Source: Azolla caroliniana (lineage: Eukaryota; Plantae; Polypodiophyta). From it: a DNA stretch of 64,000 bases. The DNA is taken from positions 20,336,001 to 20,400,000 of the forward strand of contig JBHGNT010000008.1 of assembly GCA_043228905.1 (NCBI GenBank), given 5' to 3'. This document shows positions 45,861 to 57,700 of the stretch, piece after piece (within the stretch, counting starts at the first letter, position 1; each line of letters opens with the position of its first letter). A model generated the notes under the pieces. It was not told where the DNA came from. It ran no database searches and saw only the letters and a list, made by a program, of their open reading frames with translations. The position numbers and the translations under genes are program-made.

Positions 45861-48799
45861 TCTAGTGTGTGCAGACATCTTTTGAGAATGTATGAGCAAA
45901 AGGAAACACTATTTTCAAATTAACTATGTGCCATATAGGGTCAAAGCACGCTACGGTGTACCAACTTTTGGCCAAAACTTTAGTACTAATTCCATGTGGA
46001 GGAAAACTTAAAAATGTACAAATAAATCCAATGCAAACCATGTCTTGCAGCACATGACAAAACACAATCATATGCAAAGACTGATCTACAAAAGATCAGG
46101 ATGAAAATGTAATAGTAGGTAAACATTTGGCCCGTAACCTTAAACATTTGGCTAGGTGCCTTCACTTTTTCAGAATTTGAATTGATATTATTCTTGCATC
46201 CCTCTATTTTATTTGGGAGTAGAAGAGCATGGAGATTCACAAATACCATCAAATGATTCAGAAAGTTTATGGAGCAATCTTGATTATTCAGGCTCAGATG
46301 ATACCACACATTAGGAAAGTGAAATCACCCAAAAAGAAGAGCGGGAGTGGACAAGCAAGTTATACGAGGAGACTGCAAGGAATGTGAATTTGGCCCAAGG
46401 AGAGGATCATGGTTGTACAAAGAATGAGGTGTGTGTCCAAAACACCACAAAGCAGCCTTAACCTAGGGAAAGATTGTATCATTAAGGAGACTGTAGCAAG
46501 TACCCAAGAAGAAGGAGAGGGTGTTACTACGAATGAGGTGTCTATCCAAAATACTGCAAGTAGCTTGCACTTGGAACAAGTGTCTAGCATCATCAGCAAG
46601 GAGTTTGCAATGAACACAAGCGCCCAAGATGAGGAACATGTTTGTACTCCTAATAAAGTGGTAGTGGTCTCTACCCACGAAGAGGAGCCGGGAAAATTGA
46701 AGAATGATGTGTCCAATGACCTCCCAGAGATTTTTGGTAAGACTATCGACTGCATCTTCTTGGAATTGTGTGCATCTCAAGCAGTTGCAATAGAGCACAT
46801 TGTTCCCTGAAGCTTGGCTTCATCCTCCGATGATGAATTGCCACCAAGTAGTTTACTACCTCATGGCTTTAAGATGAAGAAGGGTGGGAAATCTGAGAAG
46901 AATGAAACCAAAAATAGGTGCATTACAAGATCCAGAAAAAACTAAAACCAAAGTTTATTGTATTTTGATCGTTGTATGTAATTGATTACCGAATGTAAAG
47001 TTATTGATTACTTGCTTCTTGACACTATTTTGGTTTACTTATCCAGACTGTGAATTGGATGCAAAGTTATTGATAGGAATGTTAAGTTATGGATTACCCT
47101 CATCTTGACACAGTTTTGGTTTACTTGTTATGCACACATGTGAAACTGAGAATGTAAAGTCGTGACTGCAATGAACACTCCTATCTTAGATATGTCTAGG
47201 TTAGTAAACACTTAACATATTTTAAGTACTAACTTGATATGCATTTTAGCTAATTTCCTACTGCCTCATGCCACTCAGTAGTCTAGTACCTCCGATGATG
47301 AAGTGCCACTTAGTACCTAGCTAAGTTTATTGTATCTGGGTGGTTGTGTGTAATTGATAGGAATGTTAAGTTATTGATTACCCTCATTGTGATATTGTTT
47401 TGGTCTTGTTATGCACACATGTGACAGTGAGAAGATTGGTGATGAGTAGAATGAACACTCAGATCTTACATATGTCTATGTTAGCAAACTCTTAACACAG
47501 TTTTAGTACTAACTTGATATGCATTGTACTAACTTTAATACATATGAACTCCTAAAGAGTTATAGGCACACATTTTTAACATGTGTGTGACAGTGAGAAG
47601 GCAAGTAAAACTTGGAATGAACACTCCTAACTTAGATATTGATAGGTTAGTAAACCCTAAATGTAGGCTCAGATACTAGCCAATGAGATTTTTTACCAAG
47701 CACTAGACACTTCATGTAAAAGAAACATACATATCTAAACCAAAGAGGGATATTGTTAGAAAACCCAAGATGAATATCAAAACCCAAGATGATATACTTC
47801 CTTTCATTTTTAAATCAAAGTTTGAATACATGCAAAAGTTACATATGAAGAAACGCTTGCCATTGTAAGCATTGAAGAGGGAGACGCCCCCCCCCCCAAT
47901 ATGTCTTCGTGTACCCCTTTGGGGACTTTGTAGACAGTGTTGTATCCCTTAACCTTGTGCTTTGCTTGAGTCATTTTGAACTTGATTGCGATAATGACAT
48001 CAACATAGATTATTGCGGTGGGTGCATCTTTTAACAATGCATATGTGTTCTTGCATTGTGGCAACTTTGCATAGTAGTTGCCATACACGAAAGACTCACC
48101 AACATTGAACATGTTGGCCCAGCCATCCCTCACGACTTCTTCCAATATTGTATTTCCTTGCTTGCACACAAAAATGTAGTAGTCTTCAAAATCTTCATTC
48201 TGAGGAGATTTGAGCACAGCAAAATGATCTCCAACTTCCAATAATATTGTCAAGTCCGCACACTGGTTGTAGTATACAATATTGTCTGAATGTTCTTTTT
48301 CTTGGATATCCACACATTGTTCTATCTCTAGCTTATGTAGCTTCCATGGCTCCACAATTGATAGATTGGTGCATTCATCAGAAGCTTCATCTAAACACAT
48401 GGAACAAAAGCACGATAAACTGCGGTATAACAATTGTATTGTGTCCTTGCGACTAAAACCTAAAACACAATGGGTCTTGTGTGTCCCTTTCACGGTTTTA
48501 CAACCGTATGATTTACTCCTATCCACCTCATTAGCACGAACCTCATTTAACAATCTATTCTTACCATCATTTGACATCTTCCAGGTGAGCCACTCCACAA
48601 CATCATGTGCATTTTGTAACTTAGCACCTTTATTATCCAACTACTCACTTGTAAGAGCACGCTTGATCACAGCCCCCGCGCCATCGTGCTCTCCCTTTCC
48701 ATGTCCAGACCCGAAGTAGTTCCATTGGATCCTAATGTTTGTCAATGAGAAGTATCTGGGTGTTTGGCATGACAGTTAGTGAACAAACACAATTAACTA

Positions 48800-49470
48800 C
48801 ATGACTTTCCACCATGGAATGAGAAGCACTTAGCATGATTTATAGCATCACTAAATTTTGTCATTACCTACTCGGCCGAAAATTCACTTTTCACGTCGAT
48901 CATTCAACGCTTCTGTACCTCGTCGACAAGCAGACATTAACCGGTCGGCTAGCACGGTGGATGCTTCTTATGCAAGAATTTGACTTCGATATCCAACATC
49001 GATCAAGAGTACAACATGTGGTCACGGACTACCTTACTCGTCTCGAATCAGGGGAACCGGACGAAATGGAGTATGAGTTATAACCAAACGCCAGCTTGTT
49101 GATCCTTGACGTCACGACCTTTGCCGCTGATCATGAGGACGAATGGATTACAGAAATGATGCAATTCCTCAACACCGGCCTTCCACTTGAACACTTAACA
49201 CTAGATGCCACGAAACGATTGGCGGTCCGGAGATGAAATTTCTATCTGTTCACCAACAGTCTATATCATAAAGGCTCAGACGGCATTTGGCGACGCGCAG
49301 TACGACAATTCGAGAAAGATGCGGTTTTACGCGATGCCCATCACGGTATAGCCGACGGCCACTATGCGGGTGACGCTACAACTTAAAAGATTTGGCAAAG
49401 CGGATTATGATGGCCAACCACGAAAAAAGATGCTCACAAATTTTGTAAACGTTGCGATCTCTATCAGTGC
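48800..49470 (+). mobile_element. Degenerate Gypsy RNase H-integrase fragment (same lineage as 8082-12557)
   Basis: MIYSITKFCHYLLGRKFTFHVDH...ARWMLLMQEFDF; downstream YHKGSDGIWRRAVR and GHYAG. Confidence 0.85.
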
Positions 49471-49479
49471 TATAATTAT

Positions 49480-50520
49480 TACTTATGCACGAGTGAACAG
49501 TACTAACAGATGAATCAATACAAATAAACAATAGAGGATAGTACTAATTTATTGATTAGTACTAGTGCACGAGAGAGGATAGTACTAAGTTGGAGATTAG
49601 TACTAACAGACGAGAGAGGGAAGTGGTAAGTTATTAATTAGTACTAATGCACGAGAAAGGATAGTACTAAGTTGGAAATTAGTACTAACAAACGAGAGAG
49701 GAAAGTGGTAAGTTATTAATTAGTACGAATGCATGAGAGAGAACATTCATAAGTTATAAGTTGGTCATAATGAGCAAAGTTGGAGAGTACTATGCTATTA
49801 ATTAGTACTAATGCATGAGAGAGGACAGACCGAACTTATAAGTTGGTCTTAATGAACAAAGTTGGACAATACTAAGTTAATAATTAGTACTAATGAACAT
49901 GGTTGGATAGTACTAAGTTAATAATTAGTATTAATGAGAGAGGACAATCCTAAGTTATAAATTAGTACTAACAAACAAAGTTGAATACAGCTAAGTTATG
50001 AATTAGTGCAAACATTACTGAGAGAGGACAATGTAAGTATTAATTAGTGCTCGTGCTTGCCAGATGGCAGTGCAAAGTTATCAATTAGTACTAATGAACG
50101 AAAGAGGATAGTACTAAGTTATTCATTAATACTAATGCACAAGAGAGGGCAGTGTTGAGATATAAATTAGTACTCGTGCCAATGAACGAATACAGTCCTA
50201 AGTTATAAATTAGTACTTGTGCATGCAGGATCTGAGTACTTAGTTGCAAACCATCGTCAGTACTTGTGCATGTGCACCAGAGAGGACAATACTATGTTGT
50301 AAATTAAGGATACATTACAAGGCCTAAACCTTAATTAGTAATTGTGCATGTAGGAGGACAGTACTAAGTTGTAAGTTAAGTTTACTTAACATGGTTATTA
50401 CCATAATCAGTACTAGTGAATCTACGAGGAGAGAATTAAATGGCCTAGTACTGGTGCATGTAGCTAGAGAATTACTAATTCAACATTTTATACAAACATT
50501 TATAAGTACTATGGAGTATT
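49480..50520. repeat. AT-rich minisatellite, unit ~38 bp (ATTAGTACTAATGCACGAGAGAGGATAGTACTAAGTT)
   Basis: More than 20 degenerate units containing the palindrome TTAGTACTAA. Confidence 0.85.
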
Positions 50521-50545
50521 ACCAAAATAGACTTCCATTTATAAG

Positions 50546-53500
50546 TGTAAAGGAATACGTGTGCGGAAGCGTATGTGAAAGACACAGAGTACACGGTTCG
50601 GAAGTACGACAGTTCGGTAAAATGCAGAAATCACAAAGAAGAAGAGGGAGAGACTGAGAGCGGAGAAAAGAAACTATATTCAAAACTAATTCTTTGTACA
50701 TACTTCGTGCTCAGTGAGCACCTTTTATACAAGCCCTGACTATTGGGCTGACACAAGTACTTATAATACTTGACCGCTCATAAATGAGCATCCTAAACTT
50801 ACTCCCAGAATTATTCCTTACGAGGAATAACATTCTAACGGGCTCTCGGTTTACACACCTCTACGGACATATTGTGTGCACGGTTTTACGCACCCTGTCT
50901 ACACACTGGGTTACGCACCCGTTTAAGCATCCAATGTTGAGATTGTCTCTCAACACTCCCCCTCAAGTTCAACTTGAGGTTCCATCTGTTTTTTCAGATC
51001 TTCGCTCTTGCCTCTCCTAGCTTCATGCCTCGCTCGCACTCCTCGACCCGTTCGATTCCGCGCGCTTCGACTCTTCTGATCGGCTTGTCTGCTCATGTGG
51101 CCCTTTTTAGCTCTCTGTTATCACAGTGTTTGCGCCTCTTTCGCTGCCCTTTCTTCCGCTTGGCCCTTAGTCGATTCGTAATGTTCGAATCGAACATTTC
51201 GATTGAATCGGTCAGTCCCGATTCATTTCCGCTTTCGCACGAATTGGTTGTCTCCAATTCGTCTTCTATTTACAGACCCTTGACAACATCACACCATGTC
51301 TTGGTCTTGGCCTTTACGCCCTTCTTGGTTGTATTTCCCCTTTGTTCGGCTGTCTTTGGCTCTTCCTTGCTATTACAGCCCCTGCTTTCTTCTTCGGCTT
51401 CTTCAGCCGGCCCGAAATTGAATTCTTCATCCATCTCGGCATCGTGGTCACTATCGCTCCTTTCACGCTCTTGTTCTTGTCTCCCCCTCAAGTTCGGCGT
51501 GTCAAGGTGACGCAAGCCTAGTTCATTTGGTTGGTGATCTCGGCCCAACCCCCCATTCGGCCCACTTAGCCGAAATGAGATCAGACTCTTTGTCAGAGCT
51601 CTGATTTCCTCATTTCGCGGAGGCAGTTCGGCCTCGCTGACCTCTTCTTCAGAATTCGGAATGGAGTCATGAGGAAATGGAGGTGAAGGCAAATACTGCA
51701 AAGCGGACTCGTCGAACACGACATCTCGGCTTACGCGATCTTTCTTTGTTCAGGGGTTATAGCACTTATACCCCTTCTGCTCGTCTAAATAGCCGACCAA
51801 GATACACTTCTCGTCTTTGGCGTCCAACTTCCTCCTCTTCTCCTTCGGCACATGCACATACACAATGCTGCCGAAAATCCTCAAGAGTGCCAAGTTCGAC
51901 TACTTCCCGAAATACAGCTCATGTGGCGACACTCCTCCATTGGAAGAAGTCTGATTCTGCAAGTAAACAACCGTAATTATGGCTTCAACCCAGTAAAATG
52001 TCGACATATGCTTCTCCTCGAGCATTGCCCTGAAGGCTTCTTCGATCGTTCGATTCTTCCGCTCGGCTACGCCATTCTGCTCCGACGTATATCTACATAA
52101 GAATTCACGTCGAATTCCCTCCTTTTGTAGATAACTCGTGAACTGGTCGGAGAAGTACTCCTTCCCACCATCGAACCATAGGCATTTGATCTTATGCCCT
52201 ATTTCCCTTTCTGCAAGGTTCTTTACTTTCAGGAAACACGCGAAGACTTCGCTCTTCTTCGCGATTGTACATGCCTAGGTATGCCAAGTGAAGTCATCGA
52301 TGAAGATTACGAAGTAATGGCTACCACTGAAACTCACATTCAGTGTCGGTCCCCACACATCCGAGTGGATCAAATCCAGCAGATTTCGACTACGATTACG
52401 CTCATTGGGTAATGAAATTCAATGTTGCTAATTCGGTGTTGGCCGGCTTCGCAGACTTGGTCATTCCGGCCATGAAATTTCAGCAAACCGAAAACAATGT
52501 TCTTCGTTTGCATTTCACGAAGATGTGGGAAGTTAATGTGGCCGAACCGCTTGTGCCATAGGTCGATATCTAACTCGACTTTCTGTCCTTTCACGAACAA
52601 CGTTGTTCCGGTTTGATTGGTGTCGAGGATGAACATCCTCCCTTCACGGCGCCCTTGCGCGATAACTTGGCCTTCCTGTTCGATGTAGCACCCGACATGC
52701 GTGAATTGAACTTGCATCCCTAGTCGACGATCTGACCGACCGACACCAAGTTCTTAGTTATTGTCAGGACGTGTAGCACGTTCATGAGTTTCCCTTTCTG
52801 CCTGACGTGGCTAAGGGGAACTTCACCAACATGTTCGATGGTATGCATAGTGTCGTCTCCTGTTTCGACCACTTGTTGTTTTTCCGGTTTCTCCAAGTAC
52901 GAGAACCATTCCTCGTGACTCAACATACCACACCTCGCTTGGTTTCGAGGTGTTCATGGCCATCAAATTGGCCTTGTGCTTCATTACGAAGGCTGGGCCT
53001 AATCCATTTTCGGCTCGTTCAGAGCCCTAGGCGTAGTGCGATTTCTGACGCCTTCCTGCGTCTCTTCCGCTCGCTCCGGCTTTGTCCAAATCGGCTCTTT
53101 TCTTCCACCACTCACTCTCCTTGTGGCCTTTCTTGCCATAGTACCAACATTCCGTCATGGCCTTCCTTTGCCAGCTTCCAGCACCGCTATGACTCCCCTT
53201 GCTTCCAGAGGGTTCAGAATTGCTTCTGGCATTTCAATTTTGCCACACGTTCTGCTCTTTTCGGCCGCCTCCATTGCGCGCCGATCCGCCATGACCACGG
53301 GACCTATCTTCCTCCGTGTACATCATCCTGCCATGGGCATGCGTACTCATCGACGCACCCGCGTGATTTTCCTCCATGAGCAACATCGACTGAAGCTCAA
53401 AGAACGAAGGTGTATTCTCCCTTGTGTAGACTGTCGTTCGGAATGCTCCAAACCTGCACCATTTCATCCTCCTTGACGTTCACAAACATATTCGGGCCAT

Positions 53501-54392
53501 GTTATCAGCCACAAACAGATCTTTCGGTCAGACAATGTTGAGGTCCTGCATGACCTACATATTCCTAGCCGTTGTGCTAGGGGCGAAAATCCCCTTCAGA
53601 TTCGCCCATGCGTCCTTTTGTGTCTTAGCATTCCAAATGTAGCTCAAGAGCTGTTTGCTCACACAGGACGCGAAGCAGTAAAGAACTCTGCTTGCCGTTG
53701 GTTCCCAAGCCGAAAAATCTTTGTGTGTCAATTCAGATGTTGTAGCATTAGCTCCTTCGACATAACTCCAGTAACCATGACCAAGCAGGTACCAATGCAT
53801 CTTGTACGACCAAGATGCGTAGTTGCTCCTGTCAAGCTTCTCAGTCAGTAGCAAGCTTCCCATTCCTCTGTCCATATTCTTGTTTTATCCTTTCCGAAAA
53901 CAATAACTTAACTCTATCTTTATCGCAAGTTTTTCTATCGGCTACAGAGGAGTCTAAACCCTCGTGCTTTGATACCATGTAAAAGAATCTATGTGCGGAA
54001 GCATATGTGAAAGAGTACATGGTTCAGAACTACGACAGTTCGGTAAAACGCAGAAATCACAAAGAAGGAGAGGGAGAGACAGAGAGAGCAGAAAAGAAAC
54101 TATATTCAAAAATAATTCTCTGTATGTTCTCTGTACATACTTCGTGCTTAATGAGCACCTTTTATACAAGCCCTGACTATTGGGCTGACACAACTATTTA
54201 CAGTACTTGACCCCTCATAAATGGGCATCCTACACTTACTCCCAAAATTATTTCTTACGAGGAATAACATTATAACGGCCTCTCGATTTACACATTGCTA
54301 CGGCCATATTGTGCGCACAGTTTTACGCACCCAGTATACGCACTGGGTTAAGCACCCGTTTACACACCCAATGTTGAGCTTGTCTCTCAACA
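50546..54392 (-). mobile_element. Non-autonomous Copia B element lacking RT/RNase H (LTRs 50546-50955 and 53978-54392, TSD ATAAG)
   Basis: TSD at 50541-50545 and 54393-54397. PBS TGGTATCAAAGC 53966-53977; PPT at 50956. The integrase linker joins directly to the post-RNaseH tail near 51520. Confidence 0.93.
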
Positions 54393-54779
54393 ATAAGTAC
54401 CAAACATATGGATTATTTCCTCACCTTGCAATCAAGTAGAAGGACTGGGCCGCCTTAAATTGCGAGGCAACATCATCAGACCAAACCCAATGCAATTAAA
54501 GTTAACAACCAAGGACAATAAATTTGCATGGTGAAGCTTAAAACCATGTTCAACAAATAGTGTATCATGCTTTTTATCATCTAAAAATGTAGAATATTGA
54601 TTGCAATTGTAGTATTGTACATTGGTCATTGTAACTCACCATCTTCTCTCCAGTAGCAAATATGTACAAGTATTGTACATTGGTCATTGTACCAATGCAT
54701 TGATTGAACCTCATTTTGAACTTTAAACGTATAGTTCTCTGGAAAGTCAATAACAAATACTATAACATCTGGTGGTAAG

Positions 54780-57700
54780 TGACATGAAGTACACACTCCG
54801 ATGAACAATGCTCGGCCACAACCAACTTACAATCAAACACAGAAAACAGGAATGAATGCACGATACAATGGAGAGAAGAGTACACGGGATGTTAACGTGG
54901 AAAACCCAAACTAGGGAAAAACTACGGTAGCCCACAGACTGCAAACTATCATTATATCGTAACGTACAATAGTAAAGCACCGAGGCAACGACCTCGAGCT
55001 TGCTTTCTTCGCCACAAGCGGCGGTTACAACAGAGGCAACGACCTCTTCCTCTCTCTCTCTCTCTGTACACAGTTACGTGCTCTAATCTTGCACCAACAA
55101 GAATGACAACCCCCTATAGAAAAAAAAACTAAGTTTGCCCTAAGTCATATTTATACTAATATGACTTTTCGGCTATTTACAAATATAGCCCCGATGGACT
55201 CTCAGAATCATATTTACGAATATGTCCCTTCATCCGGTGAGCACTCCTCACCGGGCCTGCATCATCCAACGCTTGCCGGGCACACATCATCCGGTTCTCA
55301 CCGGGTCTTCACCATCCAGCTCTTGCCGGGTATTCTTCATCTGGCTCTCATCGGGTCTTCCGTTGTCGGGTACTCGTCAACACTGTTCTTCTCACTTCCC
55401 ATCCGAGGGGACCTGTCTCCTAACAAACTCCCCCTTCACTCCGGCATGGGATGTCTTATTAGTCTGATCCGCTTTCGGCATGCATCCAGCTTGTCGGGTA
55501 TCAGTACTTTGGTCAGCATATCTGACCCAATTTGGTTCAACATAATGCCTAGTGCCCTCTTTTATAGTGTTTTCAGGAGTAATCCTGAAGCTTCTAGAAT
55601 GTTCCAGAGAAATCTGGAATATACACTAATTTCCTATAATAAAATGTAAATGAAAATAATATTCTACGTATTACAATAGATGATCTAATGGTCAAGAGCT
55701 CGACCCATATAATCTAAGGTCATGGGTTCGAGTCTTGCCATATCATGACACTATCCCCCCTTTAAAACGACGAGTGTCACAAGTCGTCTTGGATTGAGGA
55801 CCCGGTTTGTGTGGATATTGCCGATGGAAGTCTTCAAGAAGAGCACGAGCATTGGTCACATTCTCGATCGGTTCCCAAGTACGTTCGCTGGGACTATAGC
55901 ATAGCCAATCGACTAGATAGTAGAGCTTGTTGCGAACAATCTTGGAATCAAGGATGGCGGCAACCTTGTACTCCGGCCCATCTTCAAGTTCGATCGGGGG
56001 TGGAGGTTGGATAAGACGTCCTGGGATGGTGCTCTCGTGGTAGGGTTCGAGGAGAGAACTATGAAACACTGGATGTATCCAAAGTTGAGGAGGTAGATCG
56101 AGACGAAAAGCAACATCATTAATCTATCCAATAATACGGAAAGGACCTAATCGCCGATAATCCAACTTCTCACATGGGCGAGTAATCTTGATATGTCGTC
56201 GTAGCAGCCACACCCAATCTCCAATATTAAAACTGAATGGAAGTCGATGACGATCCGCGTAGACCTTGTGTCTTTGTTGAGCTTGCTGGAGATGAGTAGA
56301 TAAATCCGCTTGTATCTTGCATAACCGCTCCAAACGATCCTCCGCGGACGGATTTGTGGACACCTCTGGGGTTTCAAGTACACTCCACCGGGGGTGACAT
56401 CCCGTATAAGCATAAAATGGCGTAACTTTAGTGGATGCATGGATAGAGTTGTTATAGGCAAATTCGGCGAAGTGGAGAATATCTGCCCAGTCATCCTGAT
56501 GATAGCTGAGAAAGCACCGCAGATACTGCTCCAGTGTTTGATTTGTTCGTTCAGCTTGGCCGTCGGTTTGTGGGTGGTAGCTAGAGGAGAGGTTACAAGT
56601 AACCTTGAGCATGTTAAAAAGGTGCTTCCAGAATTTTGACACAAACTGGGGTCCACGGTCGCTGATGATATTATCGGGAAGTCCATGATACCGATATACT
56701 TCACGCATGACAATTTCGGCAGTGTCTTCACTGGAGATCTCCTTAGTACATGGCAAGAAATGAGCCATCTTCGTATATCGATCAACCACCGTTAGAATCG
56801 CATTGAACCCCTTAGAGACTGGAAGATCTGTGATGAAGTCTAGAGCAATGGATTGCCATGGCTTGCTTGGAATTGGTAATGGTTCTAATAAACCATATGG
56901 ATGATGCCTTGGCATTTTCGCTCTACAACATGTATCACAAGTCCGAACAAAATCCTCGACAAATTGTCGCATACAGGGCCACCAGAATGATCGTTGTACT
57001 AAATGTAATGTTTTAGTACTACCAAAATGCCCAGCTGTATATGTGTCATGACAGTTTTGTACTACTCGAAGGCGGCAAGAACCATTAGGAACATACAAAA
57101 GTTCTTTAAAGAAGAGTAATCCATCATGGTATTTGAATTGCCGATAGTCCGTACCTGGTGGTTGTGACTGTGAACACGACGCTCGAGAGGGATCAATTTG
57201 TGCTAGTATAGCTTGGGCGAACGCATCTGTCTTCAATTCTTCACGTATGGTATCGATAACGCGGGAATCCATAGGCATGTCAAAGATTTGTGTTGCTTGT
57301 AGTTGTGCCGGTCCCAAAATGACTTGTTTTTGGTTATCGAAAGCTGGCTCGCTGGGACGGGGTGCTAGATACGAACGTCGTGATAATGCATCTGCCTTCC
57401 CTTGGTGCCTCCCCGGACGATATGTAATTTTGAAGTCGAAACGCATGAGGAAGTGAGCCCACCGAGCTTGACGTCGATTCAATACACGAGCATCCTGAAA
57501 GTAGGCAAGATTCTTGTGGTCACTAAATACGGTGACTGGATGAGAGGATCCCTTGAGAAAATGCCTCCATTGCATAAAAGAATCCACTATTGCCAATAGC
57601 TCCTTATCATGAATTTCGTAGTTGATTTCGGCGGCGTCAAACTTGCGTGAGTGAAAAGCCACAGGATGTAGCTTCTCATCATTCCCATGTTGTGACAGAA

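Larger units (their letters stand above)
47810..54779 (-). pseudogene. Split DDD transposase, Sola2-like; coding pieces 54779-54425 and 48755-47810 joined by an intron filled with retroelements
   Basis: IDFPENYTFKVQNEVQSMHW, DDKKHD, WVWSDDVASQFK, WNYFGSGHGKGEHDGAGAVIKR, RSLSCFCSMC. AG|GTGAG donor at 54424 and CAG|A acceptor at 48756 join in frame. Stop and frameshifts present. Confidence 0.7.

Noticed and set aside
46409-46810. 133-aa ORF converging on the transposase
   Set aside because: No recognisable domain; it may be part of the transposon but cannot be supported.
45860-47800. Terminal inverted repeat of the DNA transposon
   Set aside because: The other end is not visible in the window, so no TIR or TSD could be verified.
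55678-55745. Functional tRNA gene
   Set aside because: Acceptor and anticodon stems do not pair and it lies inside an LTR; kept only as a tRNA-like finding.
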